Positions 36,804-44,928 are shown, counted from the first letter of the stretch. The stretch is 55,672 bases of DNA from an uncultured Lachnospiraceae bacterium (GCA_902796355.1 CADBOU010000101.1:1-55672), one strand, 5' to 3'. The notes: generated from the letters alone by a model not told the origin. Numbers and translations: made by a program.

Positions 36804-37643
36804 ATGAAGAAGGTATTTGCATTGGTTTTGGCACTGGTTCTGGCAGCTGGTCTGTTTGCCGGATGCGGCTCATCCGGAAGTTCTGACAGCTCTGGTGATT
36901 CCGCTGAGAAATATGGCGAAGGCTGGACATTTAAACATGGCTTTGACAAAGACTTTCCGCCGTATTCATATATCGATGACAACGGGGAGACAACCGGCTT
37001 TGATGTTGAGCTGGCTCAGGCAGTCTGTGAGATAAACGGATGGGAGTATGAGGGAGTTCCGGTCAACTGGGATTCCAAAGATGCGGAACTTCAGTCAGGA
37101 AGCATAGACTGTATCTGGTCAGGATTTACGTTAAGCCCTGACAGAAAAGACAAATACGCCTGGAGTGAGCCTTATTCTATCAATACGATTAAAATTATGG
37201 TGCTTGAAGGATCCGATATCAAAAGCAAGGATGATCTGAAAGGCAAGAAAGTCGGTGTACAGGGCAGTACTTCCGCACAGGAAATGATGGATACACCGGA
37301 TGCAGAAGGCGGATGTGCCGATCTTGCAGCTACGTTTGGCGAAGTGGTTGTGACTGATACTTATACCAATGCCATTACAGAGTTAAAGTCCGGTGCGATT
37401 GATGCGATCGCTATCGATGTGACAACCGGAAATTATCAGATGACGAAGGTCGACGGCCTTGCTTATCTTGATGATGATATCTGTGATGAGATTTATGCTA
37501 TCGGATTCCGCATTGATGATACAGAACTGCGCGATAAAGTTGATGATGCTTTGAAGAAACTGGCTGAAGACGGAACCATGGATGAGATCGGTAAGAAGTA
37601 TGATGAGATTTATGATAATCTCTCCATGATCAATCAGAAGTAA
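36804..37643 (+). CDS. Polar amino-acid ABC transporter substrate-binding lipoprotein (family 3 SBP)
   Basis: Lipobox LFAGC plus a Ser/Gly linker. 279 aa. Typical FDVELA...WSGFT family-3 pattern. Confidence 0.85.
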   Translation: MKKVFALVLALVLAAGLFAGCGSSGSSDSSGDSAEKYGEGWTFKHGFDKDFPPYSYIDDNGETTGFDVELAQAVCEINGWEYEGVPVNWDSKDAELQSGSIDCIWSGFTLSPDRKDKYAWSEPYSINTIKIMVLEGSDIKSKDDLKGKKVGVQGSTSAQEMMDTPDAEGGCADLAATFGEVVVTDTYTNAITELKSGAIDAIAIDVTTGNYQMTKVDGLAYLDDDICDEIYAIGFRIDDTELRDKVDDALKKLAEDGTMDEIGKKYDEIYDNLSMINQK

Positions 37644-37685
37644 TGACAGACTTCAGTTAAGATGGCTGTTCTGATATAAGGATTG

Positions 37686-37735
37686 AATACAGCCGCTGCC
37701 GCCGAATCCTAAGGTGAGGCCGGCGCGGCTGTATT
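37686..37735 (+). promoter_or_regulatory. Intra-operon stem-loop after the binding-protein gene
   Basis: AATACAGCCGC ... GCGGCTGTATT: an 11-bp perfect stem around a GC-rich 28-nt loop, between the SBP stop (37643) and the permease start (37769). Confidence 0.4.
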
Positions 37736-37768
37736 ACTGTAAATATTTTCAAATCATGAGGTAAAAAG

Positions 37769-38416
37769 ATGACTTTATCTACTATGCTGCACACCATGTC
37801 AGCTGGTATGCTGAGAACATGCGGAATATTTATTCTGACTCTGATCGGATCGCTTCCTCTTGGGATGATCGTGGCACTTCTTCGTAAATCAAGATTTGCG
37901 CTCGTGCGCGGTATCGTCAGAGTCTATATTTCAATTATCAGAGGGACCCCTTTGATGCTGCAGCTTCTGGTGTGGTATTTCGGTCCTTTCTATCTGTTTA
38001 ACTGGAATATTGGAAGCTGGAGATTTCCTGCGCTCATTATCGGATTTGTTGTTAATTACGCCGCCTATTTTGCAGAGATTTACCGCGGAGGCATCGAATC
38101 GATCCCTGTCGGTCAGCATGAAGCTGCAGAGGTTCTTGGATTTACTAAAACACAGACTTTTATGCGGATTATTCTTCCTCAGGTGATCAAAACGATCTTA
38201 CCGTCGGTGACAAACGAAGTGATTACGCTTGTAAAAGATACATCACTGGCCTTTACACTGGCCTATCAGGAAGTGTTTTCACTGTCTAAACAGATCTCGG
38301 CGTCACAGTCTTCATTTATGCCGTTTCTGATCGCAGGTATCTTTTATTTTATAGCCAATTATGTTGTCGCCTTTATCATGGAACGCATCGAAAAGGCCAT
38401 GAATTATTACAAATAA
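37769..38416 (+). CDS. Polar amino-acid ABC transporter permease (His/Glu/Gln/Arg/opine family)
   Basis: 215 aa, multi-TM, with the conserved EAAEVLG...ILPQ loop. Confidence 0.85.
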   Translation: MTLSTMLHTMSAGMLRTCGIFILTLIGSLPLGMIVALLRKSRFALVRGIVRVYISIIRGTPLMLQLLVWYFGPFYLFNWNIGSWRFPALIIGFVVNYAAYFAEIYRGGIESIPVGQHEAAEVLGFTKTQTFMRIILPQVIKTILPSVTNEVITLVKDTSLAFTLAYQEVFSLSKQISASQSSFMPFLIAGIFYFIANYVVAFIMERIEKAMNYYK

Positions 38417-38460
38417 TCGCGTTGTAATAACTTATCTTGTTTGAAGGAGATTAACACACG

Positions 38461-39219
38461 ATGATCCTGGAAATGAATCATATAGAGAAACACTTTGGTG
38501 ATCTCGAAGTTTTAAAAGATATCAGCTTTGGTGTGGACAGCGGTGAGGTGGTCAGTATCATTGGCCCGTCAGGTTCCGGAAAATCCACGCTGCTTCGCTG
38601 CGCGACTTTTCTGGAGACGATTGACGGCGGTGAGATTATTTATATGGGAGATAAAGCAGCTCATATGAATGATCAGGGTCAGGCAGTTTATGTTTCGCAT
38701 CAGGAACTGAGACGCTTCCGCAGTTACTATGGGCTGGTATTCCAACAGTTTAACCTGTTTCCGCATTACAGCGTGCTGAAAAACCTGACAGATGCGCCGA
38801 TTCATGTGCAGCACAGAGATCGCAGCGAAGCAGAAGAAACTGCGATGGAACTGCTTGGCAAAATGGGACTTGCCGACCGGGCAGATGCTTATCCGTATCA
38901 GCTGTCCGGCGGACAGCAGCAGCGCGTTGCGATTGCACGGGCACTTGCAATGAAGCCTCAAATCCTGTTTTTCGATGAACCGACGTCGGCGCTGGATCCG
39001 GAATTAACCGGTGAAGTCCTCAATGTCATTCGCCAGCTGGCAGAAGAAAAGATGACCATGGTTGTTGTCACACATGAAATGTCTTTTGCCAAGGCAGTCA
39101 GCAACCGCGTCATATTTATGGACGGTGGATTGATTGTCGAGCAGGGGGACCCGGCTGAGGTATTTGATCATCCGAAAGAAGACAGAACAAAACAGTTTTT
39201 ACGCGTTTTTGAGAGATAA
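38461..39219 (+). CDS. Polar amino-acid ABC transporter ATP-binding protein (GlnQ-like)
   Basis: [34 protein letters not shown]. 252 aa. Confidence 0.9.
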   Translation: MILEMNHIEKHFGDLEVLKDISFGVDSGEVVSIIGPSGSGKSTLLRCATFLETIDGGEIIYMGDKAAHMNDQGQAVYVSHQELRRFRSYYGLVFQQFNLFPHYSVLKNLTDAPIHVQHRDRSEAEETAMELLGKMGLADRADAYPYQLSGGQQQRVAIARALAMKPQILFFDEPTSALDPELTGEVLNVIRQLAEEKMTMVVVTHEMSFAKAVSNRVIFMDGGLIVEQGDPAEVFDHPKEDRTKQFLRVFER

Positions 39220-40049
39220 TGAATCAGATTGTATACAGCTTGATGAATCCGACCGGGAACATCACTGCGCTGGTGGAAAGTGATGTGGATGCTCGTGAAT
39301 ATCTGAGCGCGGCATCCGCTATCATGGACCGCCATCCGGAGGTGGAACAGGTCGGATTTGTCCAATTTAATATGCGGCCTGAACATCTGACAGATGGGCA
39401 GCTGCGCATGGCAGGCGGTGAGTTTTGCGGAAATGCCAGCATGAGCACAGCCGCATTGTATTTGATACGCTCCAAAATGGCTTCCAAAGATCTGCTGCTT
39501 TCTGTTTCAGGCGTGAGGGAGCCTGTCCGTATTCATGTAGAGCAAACAGACATCAGGACCTGTTCTGCCTGCGTTGAGATGCCGCCGGTCCGTTCCATTG
39601 ACAAGGTGGAGCTGTCTTTTAACGGAATCACAGAGCGCCTTCCGATTGTCAATCAGGAGGGTATTTCACATCTGATCATAGAACCGGAATGTGCATTTTC
39701 TGCGCTGGAAGAACACTCAGAGCAAGCTGAAAAGGCTGTCAGGCAGTGGTGTGCAAAGATGAACACCGAGGGCCTCGGATTGATGTTTTTAAGGCCTGAT
39801 ACGGACAGTGAATCATTGTATCATCTGCGGCCTCTGGTCTATATTCCGGCGGGCCAGACTATTTTCTGGGAACATTCCTGTGCCAGCGGCAGTGCTGCTG
39901 CAGGCAGGTATCTGGCTGAGCATCTGCATCAAGATACAGACATTGAATTAAATGAGCCCGGAGGCCTTTTGAGAGTTGTCAGTCATCTGTCTGACAACAG
40001 GACCCTTCTGTATGGAAAAATCAGTCTGATCGGAACGTACAACACCTGA
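39219..40049 (+). CDS. DapF-fold, cofactor-independent two-cysteine racemase/epimerase-like protein (not canonical DapF)
   Basis: 276 aa. Cys70 in GGEFCGNAS and Cys221 in EHSCASGSAAAG are placed like the DapF catalytic pair, but the DapF N-terminal GLGNDF motif is replaced by NPTGNITALV. The ATG overlaps the ATPase stop codon (TAATG). Confidence 0.6.
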   Translation: MNQIVYSLMNPTGNITALVESDVDAREYLSAASAIMDRHPEVEQVGFVQFNMRPEHLTDGQLRMAGGEFCGNASMSTAALYLIRSKMASKDLLLSVSGVREPVRIHVEQTDIRTCSACVEMPPVRSIDKVELSFNGITERLPIVNQEGISHLIIEPECAFSALEEHSEQAEKAVRQWCAKMNTEGLGLMFLRPDTDSESLYHLRPLVYIPAGQTIFWEHSCASGSAAAGRYLAEHLHQDTDIELNEPGGLLRVVSHLSDNRTLLYGKISLIGTYNT

Positions 40050-40075
40050 CATTTCATCTGAATATTTGCTATAAT
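40046..40075 (+). promoter_or_regulatory. Putative strong promoter of the hydantoinase-xdhC pair
   Basis: CTGACA (40046-40051), 18 nt, extended -10 TGCTATAAT (-10 hexamer at 40070-40075). Confidence 0.45.
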
Positions 40076-40077
40076 AT

Positions 40078-40103
40078 CTTTGTAAGAGTGTCCCTTTACA
40101 AAG
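40078..40103 (+). promoter_or_regulatory. Perfect 8-bp inverted repeat spanning the predicted transcription start and abutting the SD (operator or 5' hairpin)
   Basis: CTTTGTAA-n10-TTACAAAG. The right arm runs into the SD AAGGAGG (40101-40107). Confidence 0.3.
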
Positions 40104-40115
40104 GAGGCGGTCAAA

Positions 40116-41648
40116 GTGAAAAAGACATTACTGAAAGGCGGCAGAGTTGTATCGGGAACATCTGTGAAAAAAGCCGATGTCCTGATTATAGATGATAAGA
40201 TTGCAGCTGTTGGGCCGGATCTTATGATGGAGCAGGAAAAACCGGGCTGTTCATGTCCTTACCGGACAGTAGACGGCGCATCAAAGAGTCAGTCTGAATA
40301 TGTGAAATGCAACCGTGGCGGTGATAACGGACATCAGTCGTGCACCGTTACGCCTGCTGATCTTGCCGGAGCTGAGATTGTTGATGTGAGCGATAAGCTG
40401 ATCTTTCCCGGATTCATTGATACACATACTCATTTTCAGATGCAGGCAGCCGAGTGCGTCACTGCAGATGATTTTGACAGCGGAACACGGGCAGCTTTGG
40501 CAGGCGGAACCACATCCATCTTGGATTTTACAACGCAGGACAAAGGCGATACCCTGATGGCTGCACTTGATCACTGGCATGAGATGGCTGATGGTCACTG
40601 CTCCTGTGATTATAGTTTTCACATGTCTATTACTGACTGGAACCCGGATGTCAAAAAAGAGATCCCTTTGATGACACGGGAAGGAATTACCTCATACAAA
40701 GTGTATATGGCATATAAGAATCTGCGTATTTCTGACCGTGAGATATATGAAATCCTGCAGGCGGTTGCGCAGGAGGGAGGGATTATCGGTACGCACTGTG
40801 AAAACGGCGACTTGATTGATGCGGTAACAGCTACGTTAAAAGCGAGAGGAATCACCGGGACATCAGCACATCCGATCGCACACAGCAGAGAAATCGAATC
40901 CGAAGCGGTCAACCGGTATCTGACGATTGCAGGCGAAGCAGATGTTCCGGTTAATATTGTTCACCTGAGCACAAAGCAAAGTCTGGATTTTGTCCGTAAA
41001 GCCCGCAAGAGAGGACAGCTGATCTTCGTTGAAACATGTCCGCAGTATTTTTTCCTTGATGATTCCCTGTATTCCCTGCCGGACTTCGAGGGAGCAAAAT
41101 ATGTCTTTTCTCCGCCGGCAAGAAAGACTGAGGATCAGGATGCCTTGTGGGAGGGGTTAAAGCACGGTGAGATTGATACCATTGGCACCGATCACTGCAG
41201 CTTCAATTTTGCAACAGAAAAAAAACTCGGCATTGATAATTTTGCCAGGATACCGAACGGGATACCTGGAACAGAGCACCGGCCGGCTCTGATGTTTGCA
41301 TACGGTGTGCTCAAAAACCGTATCACCAACCAGGCATTCTGCAGACTGCTGTCTGAAAATGCGGCTAAAGAATACGGTATGTATCCTCAGAAAGGTGTGA
41401 TTCAGGCCGGTTCCGACGCGGACATTGTTGTCTGGGATCCGTCCGCCAGATGGACGATCAGGGCATCGGAACAGACACAGAATGTAGATTATACGCCTTA
41501 TGAAGGAATGGACGTGTGCGGAAGAGCAGAGAGGGTTTATTTACATGGTGTTCTGGCAGCAAAGGACGGTCATGTGGTCGCCGGCGGACATGGACAGTTT
41601 ATCAGCAGGAAGGCCTCGGATCTTTCTTTCAGAGAACCCGGGGCATAA
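40116..41648 (+). CDS. hyuA: D-hydantoinase / dihydropyrimidinase-family cyclic amidohydrolase (HyuA-like) with an N-terminal-domain insertion
   Basis: GTG start behind AAAGGAGG. Metal motif FIDTHTHFQM, carboxylated-Lys motif ITSYKVYMAY, GTHCENG, IVHLS and GTDHCSF. 510 aa, against the roughly 460 aa I recall as typical. Confidence 0.85.
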   Translation: MKKTLLKGGRVVSGTSVKKADVLIIDDKIAAVGPDLMMEQEKPGCSCPYRTVDGASKSQSEYVKCNRGGDNGHQSCTVTPADLAGAEIVDVSDKLIFPGFIDTHTHFQMQAAECVTADDFDSGTRAALAGGTTSILDFTTQDKGDTLMAALDHWHEMADGHCSCDYSFHMSITDWNPDVKKEIPLMTREGITSYKVYMAYKNLRISDREIYEILQAVAQEGGIIGTHCENGDLIDAVTATLKARGITGTSAHPIAHSREIESEAVNRYLTIAGEADVPVNIVHLSTKQSLDFVRKARKRGQLIFVETCPQYFFLDDSLYSLPDFEGAKYVFSPPARKTEDQDALWEGLKHGEIDTIGTDHCSFNFATEKKLGIDNFARIPNGIPGTEHRPALMFAYGVLKNRITNQAFCRLLSENAAKEYGMYPQKGVIQAGSDADIVVWDPSARWTIRASEQTQNVDYTPYEGMDVCGRAERVYLHGVLAAKDGHVVAGGHGQFISRKASDLSFREPGA

Positions 41649-41669
41649 ACGATACAGGAGGCACGTTAG

Positions 41670-42767
41670 ATGTATGATGTAAGTTTGTTCAGCAAGATTG
41701 CAGAGGCGATCAAAAATGGCCGCGTGTGGGTTGCCACATGTGTCGAGAATGAGTCAGTCAAGTGGAAAATTGTTTTCACGGCGGACGAGATACTGCACAG
41801 AGAACCGGAAGATTTAAATGTCGATGAAGCCTGTTCTCTGAGCGCAGCTCCCTATGATTCTATTCTTGACTTATGGCGTACACGGTTTAATGCGGAAACA
41901 CTGGTTGACGGTGAGCGTCTGATTCTTCTGGAATCCTTTGGCCAGAGAAAACATCTGGTGATCTGCGGAGCAGGCCATGTGGCATTGAATCTGATCAAAA
42001 TGGCTAAGCTGGTGGGATTCAATGTCACATCACTTGAGGACAGACTTGTTTTTGCCAATATGGCGACTGAAGCCGGCGCAGATGAAGTAATCTGCGATGC
42101 CTTTGATCAGGGCCTTCAAAAAGTAGTGTCCACCGAGGATACCTGTTTTGTGATTATGACACGCGGGCATCGCTTTGATGAAATGTGCCTCCGTGAGATT
42201 TTCAAGAAACAGTATGCTTATATCGGGATGATGGGCAGCAAGGGACGTGCAATCAATGTAAGGCGTGACATGGAAAAAGAAGGCATTGATAAAGACACGT
42301 TAGCTGCTCTGCACGCGCCTATCGGGATGGAAATTGGCGCTCAGACACCATCGGAGATTGCGGTCAGCGTTTTGGGCGAATTGATCCATTTTCTCCGTTC
42401 TAATGACCGCGCTATCGACGATGGGATTGAGAGTGTTATTCAGGGTGCTGTGGATCCAACACAATACGGGGTTGGTAAAGTGATGGCTACGATTGTCTCA
42501 AAGAGAGGAGCTACGCCGCGTACAGTGGGGACTAAAATGATGGTTCTGGGGACCGGCCGTATTATCGGTACAATCGGCGGCGGATGTGCGGAAGCAGATG
42601 TCATCACACAGGCCAGAGCCATGATCCAGGAAGAACGCGAAAAAGGGCCTGATGCCGTTGAGCCGCGTATCGTGAACGTCGATCTGACAGGGGCACAGGG
42701 CTTTGATGAAGATGCGATGCACTGCGGCGGAATCCAGGATGTTCTGCTCGAGCTGGTTGCAGACTGA
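41670..42767 (+). CDS. xdhC: XdhC/CoxI-family molybdenum-cofactor insertion/maturation protein
   Basis: Central Rossmann-like LVICGAGHVALNLIKMAKLVGFNV. A canonical XdhC_CoxI-type segment sits at the C-terminus (ATIVSKRGATPRTVGTKMMV...GTIGGGCAEADV...HCGGIQDVLLE). Confidence 0.8.
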   Translation: MYDVSLFSKIAEAIKNGRVWVATCVENESVKWKIVFTADEILHREPEDLNVDEACSLSAAPYDSILDLWRTRFNAETLVDGERLILLESFGQRKHLVICGAGHVALNLIKMAKLVGFNVTSLEDRLVFANMATEAGADEVICDAFDQGLQKVVSTEDTCFVIMTRGHRFDEMCLREIFKKQYAYIGMMGSKGRAINVRRDMEKEGIDKDTLAALHAPIGMEIGAQTPSEIAVSVLGELIHFLRSNDRAIDDGIESVIQGAVDPTQYGVGKVMATIVSKRGATPRTVGTKMMVLGTGRIIGTIGGGCAEADVITQARAMIQEEREKGPDAVEPRIVNVDLTGAQGFDEDAMHCGGIQDVLLELVAD

Positions 42768-42800
42768 TAATTGCAAATATGTAGGCAACATGGTATCATA

Positions 42801-42836
42801 ATGCCAGCGGATTTTTTAAGATTCGTTGGCATTTTT
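42801..42836 (+). terminator. rho-independent terminator after xdhC
   Basis: ATGCCAGCG-14 nt loop-CGTTGGCAT followed by TTTT. Confidence 0.55.
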
Positions 42837-42865
42837 GTGCAGAGAATCAGAAAGGAATGATACCT

Positions 42866-43561
42866 ATGAAGCGCGTGCTTCTTAAACTGTCCGGAGAGGC
42901 TTTGGCTGGTCCGAAGGGGACTGGATTCGACGAAGATACATGTCTGGGTGTTGGCCGTCAGGTTAAAGAGCTTGTTGATGAGGGAATGCAGATTGCTGTC
43001 GTCACAGGCGGCGGTAATTTCTGGCGCGGCAGACAGAGTCCGGAGATGGATCGCAGCAGCGCTGACTCCATCGGTATGCTTGCAACTGTGATGAACTGTG
43101 TTTATGTATCAGACGTATTCAGAAGAGTCGGTCTGAAAACCAGTATTTATACTCCGTTTGCATGCGGATCTTTCACCAAAGTATATAACAAGGATGCGGC
43201 GATAGCTTCACTTGAGCATGGTGAAGTTGTGTTCTTTGCCGGCGGAACAGGCCATCCGTTCTTTTCAACTGATACCGGAGCGGTCTTGCGTGCGCTGGAG
43301 ATTGACGCGGACGCCATGCTCCTGGCTAAAAATATCGATGGCGTTTATGACAGTGATCCAAAAGAAAATCCTGATGCTAAACGGTTTGATGAGATATCCA
43401 TCGATAAAGTCATTGATCAAAACCTGAAAGTCATTGATATGACAGCTTCCATCATGTGTCGAGACAACAAGATGCCGCTTCTTATCTTTGCTCTGCAGGA
43501 AGAAAACTCGATTGTCAGAACTGCCGGCGGGGAAAAAACCGGAACAGTCGTAACAGTATAA
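42866..43561 (+). CDS. pyrH: UMP kinase
   Basis: MKRVLLKLSGEAL and GGGNFWRG. ATG 42866 lies 9 nt after AAAGGA and is preferred over 42857. Confidence 0.9.
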   Translation: MKRVLLKLSGEALAGPKGTGFDEDTCLGVGRQVKELVDEGMQIAVVTGGGNFWRGRQSPEMDRSSADSIGMLATVMNCVYVSDVFRRVGLKTSIYTPFACGSFTKVYNKDAAIASLEHGEVVFFAGGTGHPFFSTDTGAVLRALEIDADAMLLAKNIDGVYDSDPKENPDAKRFDEISIDKVIDQNLKVIDMTASIMCRDNKMPLLIFALQEENSIVRTAGGEKTGTVVTV

Positions 43562-43586
43562 CAGCGATTTTGCGAGGAGGGTTATT

Positions 43587-44138
43587 ATGCACGAATCATT
43601 GGAAAAATGCGAATCAAAGATGACTAAAACTTTATCAAAACTGGATGATGATCTCGGCGCAATTCGTGCCGGTCGAGCTAACCCGCACGTACTTGATCAT
43701 ATTCGTGTAGACTATTACGGTTCTCCAACACCGATTCAGCAGACTGCGAACATATCCGTTCCCGAGCCGCGTATTATTCAGATTGCTCCGTGGGATAAAA
43801 GCATGGTTCCCGAGATTAATAAAGCGATTCAGGCGTCAGATCTGGGCATCAACCCGACTGTCGACGGGAATAATATCCGTCTGATTTTCCCTGAGCTGAC
43901 TGAGGAGAGACGTAAAGACCTCGTGAAAGATGTTAAAAAGAAAGGCGAAGATGCCAAAGTTGCTTTGCGCAATATTCGCCGCGAAGGAAATGATATCATT
44001 AAGAAGCTTAAGGGATCGGATTTCTCTGAAGATACGATCAGCGATATGCTGGATGATCTGCAGAAGATGATTGAGAAGTATTCGAAAAAAGTTGATGAGG
44101 CTGTTGACGTTAAATCCAAAGAGGTTATGACAGTTTAA
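43587..44138 (+). CDS. frr: Ribosome recycling factor
   Basis: 183 aa. Typical LDDDLGAIRAGRANPHVLD and LTEERRKDLVK motifs. Confidence 0.95.
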   Translation: MHESLEKCESKMTKTLSKLDDDLGAIRAGRANPHVLDHIRVDYYGSPTPIQQTANISVPEPRIIQIAPWDKSMVPEINKAIQASDLGINPTVDGNNIRLIFPELTEERRKDLVKDVKKKGEDAKVALRNIRREGNDIIKKLKGSDFSEDTISDMLDDLQKMIEKYSKKVDEAVDVKSKEVMTV

Positions 44139-44148
44139 AGATCATCGC

Positions 44149-44177
44149 AACGGGTGTGCCCCGCACACCCGTTTTTT
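44149..44177 (+). terminator. rho-independent terminator after frr
   Basis: AACGGGTGTGC-ccc-GCACACCCGTT followed by TTTT. Confidence 0.75.
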
Positions 44178-44199
44178 AAACAAAAAGGGGGGAGAAATC

Positions 44200-44928
44200 A
44201 TGAAAGTGCCGCGCCATGTCGCAATCATTCTGGATGGCAACGGACGCTGGGCAAAAGCAAAGGGGATGCCGCGCACATACGGTCACGTCCAGGGAGCAAA
44301 GAATGTTGAGACGATTTGCCGTGCCGCGCACAATCTTGGAATTGAATATCTTACCATGTATGCCTTTTCAACCGAAAACTGGAACAGACCGGCTGAAGAG
44401 GTCTCTGCTTTAATGCGTCTTTTACGAAACTACCTGAAGACATGTCTTTCCACTGCAAAAAAGAATAATATGCGCGTCCGCGTCATCGGTGATACGAGCC
44501 GGCTGGATGATGATATTCGCGAGAGAATCAATCAGGTTGAAGACGCATCCCGCCATTACGATGGACTTAATTTTACCATCGCAATCAATTACGGGAGCCG
44601 TGACGAAATCAAAAGAGGAGTTATTCGGCTTTGTAAGGATGTATTAAGCGGTCAAGTGAAGCCTGATGATGTTGATGAGACCATGATTTCCGGGTATCTC
44701 GACACATATGATTTACCTGATCCGGATTTGATGATTCGTACAAGCGGAGAACAGAGATTATCAAATTACCTGCTCTGGCAGCTTGCATATGCTGAATTCT
44801 ATTTTACTGATGTACCCTGGCCTGCATTTACAGAAAACGATCTGATAGCAGCTGTTCAAGCTTTCAACGAACGAGACAGGCGCTACGGCGGTGTCAATGT
44901 GTCAGAAGGGGGAGAAGAGAATGTTTAA
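44200..44928 (+). CDS. uppS: Undecaprenyl diphosphate synthase
   Basis: HVAIILDGNGRWA and IRTSGEQRLSNYLLWQLAYAEF. Confidence 0.95.
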   Translation: MKVPRHVAIILDGNGRWAKAKGMPRTYGHVQGAKNVETICRAAHNLGIEYLTMYAFSTENWNRPAEEVSALMRLLRNYLKTCLSTAKKNNMRVRVIGDTSRLDDDIRERINQVEDASRHYDGLNFTIAINYGSRDEIKRGVIRLCKDVLSGQVKPDDVDETMISGYLDTYDLPDPDLMIRTSGEQRLSNYLLWQLAYAEFYFTDVPWPAFTENDLIAAVQAFNERDRRYGGVNVSEGGEENV

